Below the pieces are notes generated by a model. It had not been told where the DNA came from, did not search any database, and saw nothing but the letters and a program-made list of their open reading frames with translations. The position numbers were made by a program, and so were the translations under genes. DNA of 64,000 bases from Chiloscyllium plagiosum (lineage: Eukaryota): positions 15,079,585 through 15,143,584 of the forward strand of contig NC_057752.1 in NCBI RefSeq assembly GCF_004010195.1, written 5' to 3'. This document shows, piece by piece, positions 11,476 through 23,009 of the stretch. Every line of letters begins with the position of its first letter. The first letter of the stretch is position 1.

Positions 11476-13440
11476 CGCCATTTAATCATGGCTGATGGGT
11501 ATTTCAATGCCACTTACCCACACTCTCCCCACAGCCCTTAATTCGTTGCGAGATCAAGAATTTATCAATCTCTGCCTTGAAGACATTTAACGTCCCGGCC
11601 TCCACTGTGCTCTGTGGCAATGAATTCCACAGGTCTACCACACTTTGGCTGAAGAAATGTCTCCTCGTTTCCGTTCTAAATTGACCCCTTCTAATTCTAA
11701 GGCTGTGCCCATGGGTCTTAGTCTCCCCGCCTAATAGAAACAAATTCCCAGTGTCCACCCTGTCTAAGCCATACATTATCTTGTAAGTTTCTATTAGATC
11801 TCCCCTCAACCTTATAAACTCTAATGAATATGATCCCAGGATCCTCAGCCGTTCATAGTATGTTAGGCCTACCATTCCAGGGATCATCTGTGTGAATATC
11901 CGCTGGACACGCTCCAGTGCCAGTATGTCCTTCCTGACGTGTGGGGCCTAAAATTAGATACAGTATTCTAAATGGGGCCTATCTAGAGCTTTATAAAGTC
12001 TCAGAAACACATCGCTGCTTTTACATTCCAACCCTCTTGAGATAGATGACAACATTACATTTGCTTTCTTAACCACGGACTCAACCTGCAAGTCAACCTT
12101 TAGAGAATATTCGACTAGCACTCCCAGATCCCTTTGTACTTTGGCTTTATGAATTTTCTCACTGTTTAGAAAATAGTCCATGCCTGTATTCTTTTTTCCA
12201 AAGTGCAAGATCTCACATTTGCTCACGTTGAATTTCATCAGGCATTTCTTGTACCATGCTCCGAAACACTCTAAATCTTTCTGCAGCCTCCCCACCACCT
12301 CAGTACTACCTGCCTGTCCACCTAACTTTGTATCATCAGTGAACTTCGCCAGAATGCCCCCTAGATCGTTAAGATATAAAGTGAACAACTGCAGCCCCAA
12401 CACTGAACCCTGCGGGATGCCACTTGTCATTCCGAAAAGAACCTTTTATCCCAACTCTCTGCCTTCTGTCAGACAGCCAATCCACAATCCATGCCAGTAG
12501 CTCACCTCAAACACCATGGGCCCTCACCTTACTCAGCAGCCTCCTGTGAGGCACCTTATCAAAGGCCTTTTGGAAGTCTAGGTAGATAACATCCACTGGG
12601 TTTCCCTGGTCTAACCTACTTGTTACCTCTTCAAAGAATTCTAACAGGTTTGTCAGGCACGATCTCCCCTTACTAAGTCCATGCTGTCTTGTTATAATCC
12701 AACCCTGCACTTCCAAGAATTTAACAATCTCATCCTTAATGATGGATTCTAGAATTTTACCTACAACCAAGGTTAGGCTAATGGGTCTATAATTTTCCAT
12801 CTTTTGTCTTAATCCTTTCTTGATCAAGGGGGTTCCAACTGTGGCTTTGCAATCATCTGGGACTTTCCCTGATTCCAGTGATTTTTTGAAAGATCACAAC
12901 TAACACTATTTCCTCAGCCACCTCTCTCAGAACTCTAGGATGTAGCCCATCGGGGCCAAGAGATTTATCAAATTTTAGACCTTTTAGCTTTTCTAGCACT
13001 TTCTCTTTTGTAGTGGCTACCATACTCTACTCTGCCCCCTGACTCTCCTTAATTGTTGGGATATTACTCACTGTGCAGACTGATGCAAAGTACTTATTAA
13101 GTTCTTCAGCTATTTCCATATCTCCCATCACTCGCCTTCCTGCATCAATTTGGAGTGGCCCAATTTGTACTTTTGCCTCTCGTTTGTTTCTTATGTAGTG
13201 AAATAAACTGTATTTCCCCACCCCCACCCCCACCCCCGCCGGAAAAGCTTCCTTTTCTTTGGGATGAACCTCTGTACTGTCCTCAAGTACACCCAGAAAC
13301 ACCTGCCATTGTTGCTGTACTGTCTTCCCCACTAGGCTCTACTTCCAGTAGATTTTCATCAGTTCCTCTCTTATGTGTCCCTGTAATTACCTCAATTTAA
13401 CTGTAACACCATTATATCTGGTTTTGCCTTCTCTCTTTAA
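11476..13440 (-). mobile_element. CR1 LINE ORF2 (RT), relatively young but disrupted
   Basis: NYRPISLT..QHG..GRSCLTNLLEFFE..DVIYLDFQKAFDKVPH, SGIPQGSVLG..FTDDTKLGG, RLRGDLIETYKI. Confidence 0.95.
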
Positions 13441-14680
13441 ACTTATGATTGCTAGTCCCAAATTGTTCCTTACCAATGCCTCAGTCACTTGCCATGCTTT
13501 ATTTCTCAAGAGAAGGTCAAGTATTGTTTCTTCTCGATTAGGTATATTTGCATATTAATAAAGAAAGTCTTCTTGAGCACATTAAACAAATTCCTTACCA
13601 TCCAAGCTTGTAACACAATGGCAGTCACAGTCAATGTTTGGAAAATTAAAATCATGTACTGTTACAACCTTATTATTCTTGCATATATCTGAGATTTGTC
13701 TACATACTTCTTCCTCAATTTACCTCTGGTTATTGCAGGTTCGATAGTACAAACCCATCAAGGTGATCATCCCTTTCTTTTCTCAAATTTCTGCCCATAT
13801 TGTTTTACTGGATGATCCCTCAGAAATATTCTCTCTAATTACAGTATTAATGTTTTCCTTAATCAAAAACATTACTCTCCTTCTTATCTTGCCTCCCTTC
13901 CAACCTTACAGCATTTTGCCAAGCTACCCCTGGGTCTTATGAGCATTTACCTTCCTTATCAGTTTCCCATGTGGGTCCTTGTCAAAGGCCTTGCTGAAAT
14001 CCATATGCACTATATTGATCACCCTACCCTCATCCAAACGCTTGGTAATCTCCTTGAAATATTGTGTCAAATTCATTAGGCATGAATTCCCTCTGATAAA
14101 GCCATGCTGACCATTCTTGCTCAAACCTTGCTTCTCGAAATTGAAATGAACTTTCTCCTTCAGAAATTTCTCCAATGGTTTGCCTTACACTGATGTGAGA
14201 CTCTCTGGTCTATAATTCTTTGGTTTATCTTTACCACTCTTCTTGAAAGGTGGAACCACATTAGCTCTCCTCCAGTCCAATGGCACCTCTCCTGTGGCCA
14301 GAGACTATTTAAAAATTTGGGTCAGGGCCCCTATCTTTGTCTTCCACAGCATCCTGGGATACGACTCATCCAGACCTGTGGATTAACTACTTTCAAATCT
14401 GCCAAAACCTCCAATACCACCTCACTTCTTTTTTTTTCAATTTGCTCAAGAACTTCACGGTCCATTTTCTTGAACTCCATACTTTTGCATCCTCCTTCTT
14501 CCGAGTAAAGACAGATATGAAGTGCTTAGTTGACACTCTATCAATGTGCTCTGGCTCCTTGCACAAATTGCTCCCTTGGTCCCTAATATGCCCTGCCTTT
14601 TCTGTGGTTATTCTCTTACCCTTGAAATACTTGTACAATATCTTGGGGTTCTCCTCAATTTTACTCATCAGCGTTGTCTC
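13440..14680 (-). mobile_element. Older CR1 ORF2 fragments
   Basis: QHGFIRGNSCLMNL..MDFSKAFDKDPH; KIEENPKILYKYFKGKR. Confidence 0.85.
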
Positions 14681-14689
14681 AAACTGACA

Positions 14690-16915
14690 AAAAATCATTC
14701 TCCTGACTACTTGTGGGAGCCTGACTTTCAGCATCATAAAGAGTTTAACCTACCCTGCAACCCCGGAGTCCTTTGACAAATTGAGGACCAACGTGACCCC
14801 AAGTCATCTGGCACATTGCAGTGTTACTGGTTTAACACAGCAAATAGACTTCCTGGGGAAACCAGTTACTGAATTCCTGATGGGACCATGAAAATTAGTA
14901 GAACACTATGAGTACAGGTCAGCATTTCGGGACATGTTAAGGGATTGCTTAGTTTGTGGAATAAATAATATTGTGACCCAAAGAAAGCGACTGACTGAAA
15001 TAGATCTGGATCTCAAGAATGTAATAAAACTGGCCCTTTCCCATGGAAAAAGGAGCTCTGGAATGTCGGGGTCCCAGAGACAATACCATCCCCCACCTTG
15101 GGTGACCCACACATTGCATTGAAAACTCAACGCCTCCCATGTATTACCAAGGAAGTGCGATTGGAGTCAAATGCTGCAAGGTTCCAGAACCGGATGAGAA
15201 GTTTCTCCACAAAACAGTGAGGAGCAAGAACATGCATGCCGCATTTGTGGTCATTGGGTCCACCCCAGGCAAAGTAACTGAAACCGGCGACACACATACT
15301 GCACATGTCAAATGGCAAAGCCAACTCCAGGCAGGGCTTTGCATGTACAGAAGAACCTCAATTATCCGGCATTCAATTAATCGAATTTTGGATTATCCGG
15401 ACAAGATCACAAGGTCCCAATGCTTGGTTAGCAATGTTATCCAGCATTCGATTAATCGAACAAAATACTGCCCGCTCACGTCCTTCAGATAATCAAAGTT
15501 TCTCTATTAATCAGCCGAAGGATGAGGAATTGATACAGCTAAATTGTATCATTGCTCCCAAAGTGGCTCCAGTTAAGATAAAACTTCAGGTACATGGCCA
15601 CCCCCTTTTATGGAGGTAGATCCAGGTACATGAATAGGAAGGGATATGGGCCAGGTGCTGGCAGGTGGGACAAGATTGGGTTGGGATATCTTGTCGACAT
15701 GGACGGGTTGGACCGAAGGGTCTGTTTCCATGCTGTACATCACGATGACTATGACTGTATCTGTATCTGTTGTTGAGGAGAAAACCTTTGGGGAGCTCTT
15801 ATGTCTTACTGGGGCCACTGTAACCCCAGTTACACATGGGCGACAGACAGTCCAACTTCCCTTAATGGTGGTTCAAGGGTAAGGTCCCATGGAAAGGGAC
15901 TGACTACAGAAAAGTAGTTCCAGTTTTAAGACCTGACAAGTCAGTCTGTCTCTGTGGGAATTAAAATTATTATATAAATTGACATTCACCAGAGCTTCCC
16001 GCTTAGGCAGATATCCTATGCACACATAGGAGACTTGTATGTAGAGCTGGCTGGGGGCTCACATTTTTCCAAGTTCTTTATGAGCTATGCTACCTCTAAC
16101 TGGAGATTCAGGTATCATCCCGAATGTATGTTACCATAAATACACTCAAAGGACTGTATGAGTGCACTTGCTTGCCTTTTGAGGTGTCTTTGGCTTGCAC
16201 AATCTTTCAAAGGGTCGTGGCAAACATCATCCAAAGAGGGCCCAGAGTTGCAAATTGTTGGATGATGTTTTAATCTCAGGAGCTACTGCAAAGGAACATT
16301 TGGAAAGTTTGGAGCAAGTTTTTTGGCATTTCTGTTCACTCTGAGAGCTGGCTCTGAGGGAGCTGTGCTAAAATCAAGGACTTTACATATGTAAATAAAG
16401 TGTGATTTGGTGACAGGATACTGGCCTTTGTATCATACGTGATAAATCCCGGTAGAAGACCCCAAAAAAACACATTGACCACCTCTGTCAGCAAGAACCC
16501 TCCACAGAAATGAACATTTCAACGGACATGCCAAGATCAGAATCCTGTAGATGGGAAACTCCACCCACTGAAAGCTCAAGAGCCAGCCTGAGGACTACAA
16601 GGACTTGGAGATGGAGTCAGAGGCTCCGGAAGCTCACTCAGAGGTTGCTACCAAGGGCAAGCCCCCCCAATGGCACTTCAGTGGTCTTCACAGAAGTTTC
16701 TTATACACCCCTGACCAGACCTGGAAAGCAACAGGAATGGAGCCATAGGCAAAGTGACACATCGTCACAAGAGCAAAGAGGAACCCTTGGACTTGGAGGG
16801 GGAGAGGTGATAACCTCTACTAGGCCTGTGGGGAATCACTAATTAACCTCCTGCTGGAGCTTGTTGAGTATGAGTTCCCTTGGTTGCAGGCAATGGCTGC
16901 CAAGCTGGAACTCAT
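14690..16915 (+). mobile_element. Gypsy-type LTR retrotransposon relic (gag, protease, RT pieces, polypurine tract and LTR pieces)
   Basis: gag-like ILLTTCGSLTFSIIKSL and MLRDCLVCGINNIVTQRKRLTEIDLDLKNVIKLA; protease-like VKIKLQVHGHP..LPLMVVQG; RT-like YVTINTLKGLYECTCLPFEVSLACTIFQRVV..LDDVLISG; purine tract GGAGGGGGAGAGG then TGATAAC at about 16795-16815; AATAAA-containing LTR-like piece at about 16335-16430. Confidence 0.8.
15348..15506. mobile_element. Tigger/pogo-like MITE inserted in the Gypsy relic
   Basis: Imperfect terminal inverted repeats (TA|CAGAAGAACCTCAATTATCCG vs CAGATAATCAAAGTTTCTCTA) and an internal repeat TTATCC.GCATTC.ATTAATCGAA. Confidence 0.6.
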
Positions 16916-17040
16916 CATCTGAGCCCTTGTGGTGCAGTGGTAGAATCCTTACCTTTGAGTCAGGAGGCCTAGCTTCAAGTCCCACTTGTTCCAGAGGTAT
17001 GTAATAACTTCGCTGAACAGATTGATTTTAAAATAAAACA

Positions 17041-17147
17041 CTGATGAACATTAGCTTGCTTTCTCTCCATGGCTGCTGCCTGACCCACTGTGATCCCCAT
17101 GTTTTGATTTCAGTACAGGTTCCAGCACCTACAGTAATTTGCTCCTA
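17041..17147 (+). mobile_element. PLE 3' terminal fragment
   Basis: GCTGCCTGACC...TCCAGCACCTACAGT resembles PLE family A 3' ends; begins with CTGATGA but has no stem II. Confidence 0.5.
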
Positions 17148-17430
17148 TAAAGCAGACCCATATGGTGGTGGGCAAGTTGTGTGCAAAAGCACTTTTGGAT
17201 ATATAAAATAGGGAAAAAAAAGCAGATCCAGATAGAGACCTTGTGGCACAGTGATAGTGCCCTACCTCTAGCCCAAAGGCCTAGATTCAAATCTCACCTG
17301 CACCAGAGGTGTGCCATAATATCTCTGAACAGGTTGATTTTTAAAAAATGCGACCCAGTTCTGTAAAAGAAAAAGCAGACTAAGGGGCTCATGTGGTGCA
17401 AGAATAGTGTTGTTACCTCTGGACCAGAAG

Positions 17431-17520
17431 CCGAGAGTGCGGAGGCACTGGAAAAGCACAGCAGGTCAGGCAGCATCTGAGGAGCAGGAGAATCAACGTT
17501 TCGGGCATAAGCTGACTGAT
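17431..17520 (-). mobile_element. PLE family A terminal fragment inserted in the third short SINE
   Basis: CTGGAAAAGCACAGCAGGTCAGGCAGCATC..AATCAACGTTTCGGGCATAAGC, flanked by CCAGAAG on both sides. Confidence 0.75.
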
Positions 17521-17605
17521 CCAGAAGGCTTGGGTTCAAGTTCCTTCTGCTTTTGAGCTGTGTCAACTGAACAGGTTGATTCAAAACAAAAATAAAGCAG
17601 ACCCA

Positions 17606-17755
17606 GAGGGAAGGTAGTCTGCCATCCTTACTGGGACCTGCAAGTGATTCCAGACTCTCAACAATACGTAGTTGACTCTTAACTGCCCACTGGGCGATTA
17701 GGGGCAAGCAATAAATGCTAGCCCGTGATGACTACCTCCCTAAAACAGAAAAAAG
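17606..17755 (+). mobile_element. Deu-domain-type SINE (SacSINE1-like) 3' part
   Basis: AGGGAAGG..TCTGCCATCCTTAC..GTGATTCCAGAC..GTTGACTCTTAACTGCCC..CAATAAATGCT, recognised from memory of the shark DeuSINE body and tail. Confidence 0.55.
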
Positions 17756-18083
17756 CCGACCAGGGAATTGCTGCACAACTGTCTGCCTCAGGCTGGGACT
17801 AGCCCATGTATGCCACAAGTCATGGCTCTGTTTTGGTGTTCAACCAGAAATGCTGTTCCTTTCCAGTCAGCTTTCCTGAGTTACACAGGACCCTATTATT
17901 ATTTTTACACACCTCAGTAAATTGCCTACATATCTGATTGTCAATTGCCTGATGACTTTTTGGGGGCCGACAATACACTTCTAACAGTGATCTGGAGGCG
18001 CTGGTGTTGGACTCAGGTAGGCAAAATTAAACATTTCACAACACCAGGTTATAGTCCAAATGGTTTATTTGGAAGTACAGTAC

Positions 18084-18112
18084 AAGCTTTCAAAGCGCTG
18101 CTCCTTCGTCAG
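18084..18112 (-). ncRNA. Minimal hammerhead ribozyme motif, PLE family B (core intact)
   Basis: Minus strand CTGACGA-A-GGAGC AGC GCTTT-GAAA-GC-TT; palindromic AAGCTT replaces stem III. Confidence 0.7.
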
Positions 18113-18518
18113 ATTGCTAGTGGGGCAGGATCGTAGGACACAGAATTTACAATAAAGGATCAAAGTGTCATACAACTGATGCAATGTACTGAGCAAACCT
18201 AGGTTGCTGGCAAGTCTTTAATCACTTAGAATGGAGTTGCAGGTTTGGATTCATTAATGTGTAAATACCTGAACTTCATTAGGAATTGATAAAATGTCAC
18301 TTGACTGCCTACAGAGCATGTGCTTTTTGATCAAACTAGAATGTAGTTGCAAATGCAAATTCACCCCATAGACCTATTTGTGTATACGTGCACGAGAGTG
18401 ACGGAGTATATGCATGTGAGAGGGTGAGTGTGGGTCTATGTGTCTGAGACAGGGTCTGTGTGTGTGTGTGTATATATAAATAATATATATATATTCCGGT
18501 TGACGTCATCCTCATCAG

Positions 18519-18698
18519 ATTACGTTACAGTGTGGAAACAGGCCCTTCGGCCCAACAAGTCCACACCGACCCGCCGAAGCGCAACCCACCCATACCCCTA
18601 CATTTACCCACACAGTCAGTCGCCTGAGGCAGGAATTGAACACTGGTCTCTGGCGCTGTGAGGCAACAGTGCTAACCACTGTGCCACCATGCCGCCCA
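18519..18698 (-). mobile_element. HE1 SINE with internal deletion, inserted in PLE family B
   Basis: Head and 3' tail joined at about 18610 with the V-domain missing; CTCATCAG at 18511-18518 and 18699-18706. Confidence 0.85.
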
Positions 18699-19737
18699 CT
18701 CATCAGTATCGAACTTCGCTGTCAGCCTGTGCTCGGCAACTCTGCATTGTTGTGTATCCAAAAGTCCACTTGGATGGTCACCCGAACATCTGAGGCCAAG
18801 TGTTCCTGACCGCTGAAGTGTTCCCCGATTGGAGGGAACATCCCTGTCTGGCAAATGTTGCATGATTCATCTGTTGTAGCATCTGCTTGGTCTCTCCAAT
18901 ATGCCAAGTCTTGGGGTATCCTTGCCTGCACCATATGAAATGGACAATGTTGACCGAGTCACATGAGTACCTTCCGTGCATGTGGTGGATGCTGTCCCCA
19001 CGTGTAATAGTGGTATCCGTGTCGACATTCTGACATGTCTTGCAATGGTTGCCATGACAGAATTGTATGATGTTGTGGTCAATGTTGTCCTAAAGGCCAG
19101 GCAGTTTGCTGTGAACAATGATCTGTTTGAGGTTTGGTGGTTGTTTAAAGGTGAGAAGTGGAGGCTTAGAAAAGGGCTTGGCAAAGTGCTCATCCTCATT
19201 GATAATGTGTTGCAGGCTGCGAAGAACATGGCGCAGTTTCTCCGCTCCCAGGAAGTACTGGACAACAAAGGGTGCCCTGTCAGTCGTATCCCATGACTGT
19301 CCCCTGAAGAGGTCATTACAGTTTCTCATTGTGGCACGTCAGAACTGGTGATTAATGTGTTGAGCATCGTATCCTGTTCTTATGAGGGCGTTCTTCAGCA
19401 CCTTCAGGTGTCTGTCGCGTTCCTCCTAATCTGAACAGATCCTGTGTATGCGTAGGAGATGGCTTTTTTCATATGTTTAGGGTGGAAGCTAGAGAAGTGT
19501 AGCATCGTGAGGTAGAATGAGATGCTGAGGTGCCCATCCTTGATGGAGATTCGTGTGTCCAAGAATGAGACTGATTCTAAAGAGTTGTGCGTATCAATAA
19601 ATCGAAACCTGCAACCCCATTCTAAGTGATTAAAGACTTAACAACAATCTAGGTTTGTTCAATATATCGCAACAGTTGTATGACACTTTGATTTTCACTA
19701 TAAATTCTGTGTCCTATGATCCTGTCCCACTAGATAC

Positions 19738-19766
19738 CTGATGAAGGAGCAGTGCTACGAAAGATT
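19738..19766 (+). ncRNA. Minimal hammerhead motif, PLE family B inverted arm (mutated)
   Basis: CTGATGA-A-GGAGC AGT GCTAC-GAAA-GATT; one stem II mismatch and a broken AGCT palindrome. Confidence 0.55.
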
Positions 19767-20969
19767 GTACTTCCAAATAAACCTGTTGGACTGTAACCTG
19801 GTGTTGTGTGATTTTTAACTTTAACAGTGTGACTGTTATCAGTGTATGATGTTTGCTTGCTTCAGTGGTAATGAAGATTGTTCAAGCTTCTCTGCAGTGA
19901 ATGTGTTCCATCAATGTGAGAAATGTTATTGCTGGGAAAGCGATCATTGTTGAACTTATTTTCACTTTTAGAACTCTTTTAGGTGCTCCCAACTCAAGTA
20001 TAGTACGGTTTAATAGTGGGTCCACTTTAATTTACCAATGTGCTCTTAATCCCATTTCAGCAAAATACAACCCATTGTCTCTATCAGATTGACATTGCGC
20101 CCACAAGCCACTCATACAATTTCTCAATGGATAATTCTGAGCACCTTTGTAGTGCTGGTTTGTGATTGGATTTTGTCAAGGTCAGGATGAGCCAAATGAA
20201 TTTTACTTGACATTCTTACAACTAGTAGAAGTACAAATGTGTTCATTGAACTGGATTTAGAAACTGAGAGAACAGTATCAAAATGTCCTAATAACACCAA
20301 ATTGGACAATATGTAAATTGTGATGAGGATCGTGAGAAGGACATTGGGACATCCTATAGAATTCATTGCAGAAAAATTCAATGTAATGGATTTTGAAAGT
20401 ATGTTAAATTAAAATACAGAAAAAACGGAGATGAGGAGAAAAGTAATCAAAGGTATAAACTTGTGCAGATAAAGACCTTTTATAGATAAAAAAGCAAACA
20501 AAATACTGGGGTTCATATCTGTAATTAGTTAATATAAAAGCTAAAACATAATGAATAATCTTTTGATTGTAGGTTGAGTATTATACTAGCTAAGATCTGA
20601 TGATTTTCTCCATATTATAGCACTGTTGATAGAAAAAAGGTGCAGGGAGGTTGTCAGGAATCAGTATTATTGTCTGAGTTCAGAAGAGAAGCCAGAGACA
20701 TTGCAGCATTTTTCACTGGAACTGAATTCTGGAATGAGCCAATTCTGAACATTTACTGTAAAGATAGTCGTGAGATTACCTCAGCTGATCAACAAAAGAA
20801 TGGACAAAAATCCCAAGTCATCACAAAAAAATCTAGGCCAGGGCGAAAATGCTATTTGCATGTAGTCTGGTTAGAATGTGGGATTGTCTGCCAAAACCCA
20901 CAGTTGCAGAGCAGTTCATTAGTATTATCAGAGGGAATTAGAGTTACTGGAAACAGGGGTAGAAAAGGA

Positions 20970-21195
20970 TACAGAGAGTGAGGGAGGAGAGTGAAATCAG
21001 ACTAGGTGGGATAATAAGGTGTGTGGGGAGTTAGGGGAAGAGTGACATTAGACTGGGTAGGATATTAAAAGGTGAAGGGGAGGAGAGTGAGGTTAGACTT
21101 AGTGGGATATTAAAGGATATTGGGAATGGGATTATACTGGGTGCAAAATTAAAGGATGTGGGATGCGAGGGTAAAGGTGGGATTAGACAGGCTGA
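20970..21195 (+). repeat. Degenerate tandem repeat (about 35-50 bp units, ATTAGACT..G.GGGATATTAAAGG)
   Basis: Four to five imperfect units immediately after a decayed CR1 3' end. Confidence 0.6.
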
Positions 21196-21939
21196 CTGTC
21201 TGTAGCTTTCTGTCCTCACTTGTTCATACTAAAGCCCATATGCCATAAATCTGTGTATCTCCTTTCCTCTCTCTGCCCCACTCTCCCTTCTTCTCCCTGT
21301 CTTTCTTCCCTTATTCTCTCTTTCCCCTATCTCACATTTCAGCTAGAGAGATGCAAAAAAGGTGTGCTGAAAAGGCACATATCTATGAGGAACAATTAAA
21401 CAAGTGGGCATTTCTTTCTCTAGAAAAGAGGAGACTGATTGAAGTCCTCAACACTATGAAATGGCGGAATAGAGGAGATGTAGAGATGATGTTCCAACTG
21501 GGTGGTGAAACCAGAACACAGGAAGAATAAGATAATAATTCCAATTAAGAACTGAGGAGAAACCTCTTTGTCTAGAGAGTAGAATGTGAAACATGCTTCC
21601 ACAAGCTGTTGAGTTGAATTGTATTGATGCATGCAAAGGGAAAATCAGTAAACAGCACAGAGGGGGAAAGGAATCAATGGATATGTTAATGGACTTCAGT
21701 GAAGAGAAGTGGGAGAAGGCTCATGTGGAGCATACATAGCAAAATGGACTAGTTGGGTTGAATAACCTGTTTTTATGCTGTCAATACTTTATAACCAATG
21801 CTTGTTTGTCTGAATGATTAGAAATACGTATAGATTCAATATAAACCAGTTACAGATGTATACAAACCAGAAGAACGATGTGCACATCTGGGTAGCCCTG
21901 CATGCAACCAAGGATTAGGTAAGAGTATGGCAGGTCGAA

Positions 21940-22160
21940 AATGTGGTACTGGAAAAGCACAGCAGGTGAGGCAACATTTGAGGAGCAGGAAAATCGGTGT
22001 TTCGGGGCAAAAACCCTTCAAAGGGAAGCCCTTCTTGATGAAGGGATTTTGTCCGAAACATTGATTTTCCTGCTCCTCAGATGCTGCCTGACTGGCTGTG
22101 CTTTTCCAGCACCATGCTCTAGACTCTGATCTCCAGCATCTGCAGTCCTCGTTTTCGCCA
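21940..22160. mobile_element. PLE family A fold-back mini-element
   Basis: Inverted arms (CTGGAAAAGCACAGC...CCCTTCA / TGAAGGG...GCTTTTCCAG) and 3' end TCTCCAGCATCTGCAGTCCTC; degenerate hammerhead TTGATGA..GAAACATT at 22035-22062. Confidence 0.8.
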
Positions 22161-22659
22161 GCTTATTAGCAGGTGTCAACAGGGAAGCAAGAAAGGAGAA
22201 GGGTGTGTAAGACTTTTGGATTTCAGTGCTCTTGGAAGTTGAGTAGGTGATCAAGAGAGTTCAGGCAGCTGCCCAAGACCACCTAGCTATTGTGGACTGT
22301 GCTTCAGAATAGTACAGCTGAGAGCTTTTATTTAATGGACCTGACATATGCCAAGTTCCGCATTAAGAATCTGTGAACCACAAAGTCTTTCCATTAACTG
22401 ATGGCAGCTTTCCATAATTTCCAACCTCGTCTTGTGAACTCTGCCAAAGGTTCCAAGGCAAGTCGAGAAAGAAGAGGCTCCAGTTGCATCTAAGCTGATA
22501 AAATTTAGGATGTCAAAGGTGTCAGTTTCTTTTTGCACCAAAGTCCTTAAATCCAACAAATTGACCGAAAAGTTTTCCTCTTCCCATGCCCACACCCACA
22601 GTGGGGAACCAGCCAGGAAACATTGGGAAGGAAAGGGGTTGGTTGCAATCTACCACCGG

Positions 22660-22921
22660 GGACCTCTACCATCAGGAAGAAGATACCTGAACACATACAC
22701 CAACCATTTTTGTAACAGTTTCTACCCTACTGTTGTTGGAATACTGAATGGACTGACAAACTTCTTAATATTTGCCTGCATCTGTGTATTTGTTTTTGCC
22801 ACTGTTTACCTATTATTTACTTATCTATGCTACTTAACTCTGTGATCTGCCTGTATTGCTCGCAAGGCAAAGCTTTTCACTGTGCCTCGGTACACGTGAC
22901 AATAAATTCATTTCAATTCAA
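22660..22921 (+). mobile_element. Rex1/Babar-like LINE 3' end
   Basis: LPSGRRYL..TNHFCNSFYPTVVGILN, 3' UTR GCTTTTCACTGTGCCTCGGTACACGTGACAATAAA and (TTCAA)n tail. Confidence 0.75.
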
Positions 22922-23009
22922 TGTACTGGACAAAATCTCCATGTGGGTCAATTCAGCTTCAACGCATATTTTATTATGACATGAAACAAGCTGGAGGTGA
23001 AGAGCTTGA

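Larger units (their letters stand above)
16920..17592 (+). mobile_element. Cluster of three short (about 110 nt) tRNA-derived SINEs
   Basis: Units at about 16920-17038, 17236-17348 and 17384-17592 share TGTGGYRCA(G)..TAG, an (G/C/A)TTCAA(G/A)T B-box-like motif and a CTGAACAG(A/G)TTGATT-A-rich end. Confidence 0.7.
17990..19821 (-). mobile_element. PLE family B, 5'-truncated (RT C-terminus, GIY-YIG, 3' terminal repeat) with inverted terminal repeat
   Basis: Minus-strand SVSFLDTRISIKDGHL, PFVVQYFLGAEKLRHVLRSLQHII..PPLLTFKQPPNLKQIIV and CDSVNIVHFIWCRQGYPKTWHIGETKQ; about 230-bp inverted arms 18025-18258 vs 19592-19821; TAACAGTG at 17982-17989 and 19822-19829. Confidence 0.9.

Noticed and set aside
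16920..17605. Repeat-spacer appearance suggesting CRISPR
   Set aside because: Vertebrate context, irregular spacing, no cas genes; units are SINE-like.
17950..17975. CTGATGA as a hammerhead core or snoRNA box
   Set aside because: No stem II plus GAAA follows and no convincing C/D pair with terminal stem.
20640..20981. ORF containing PGRKCYL, reminiscent of SPRYD3 PGEKCYI
   Set aside because: Surrounding residues do not match, there are no fitting splice sites, and the DNA looks like a decayed CR1 3' end.
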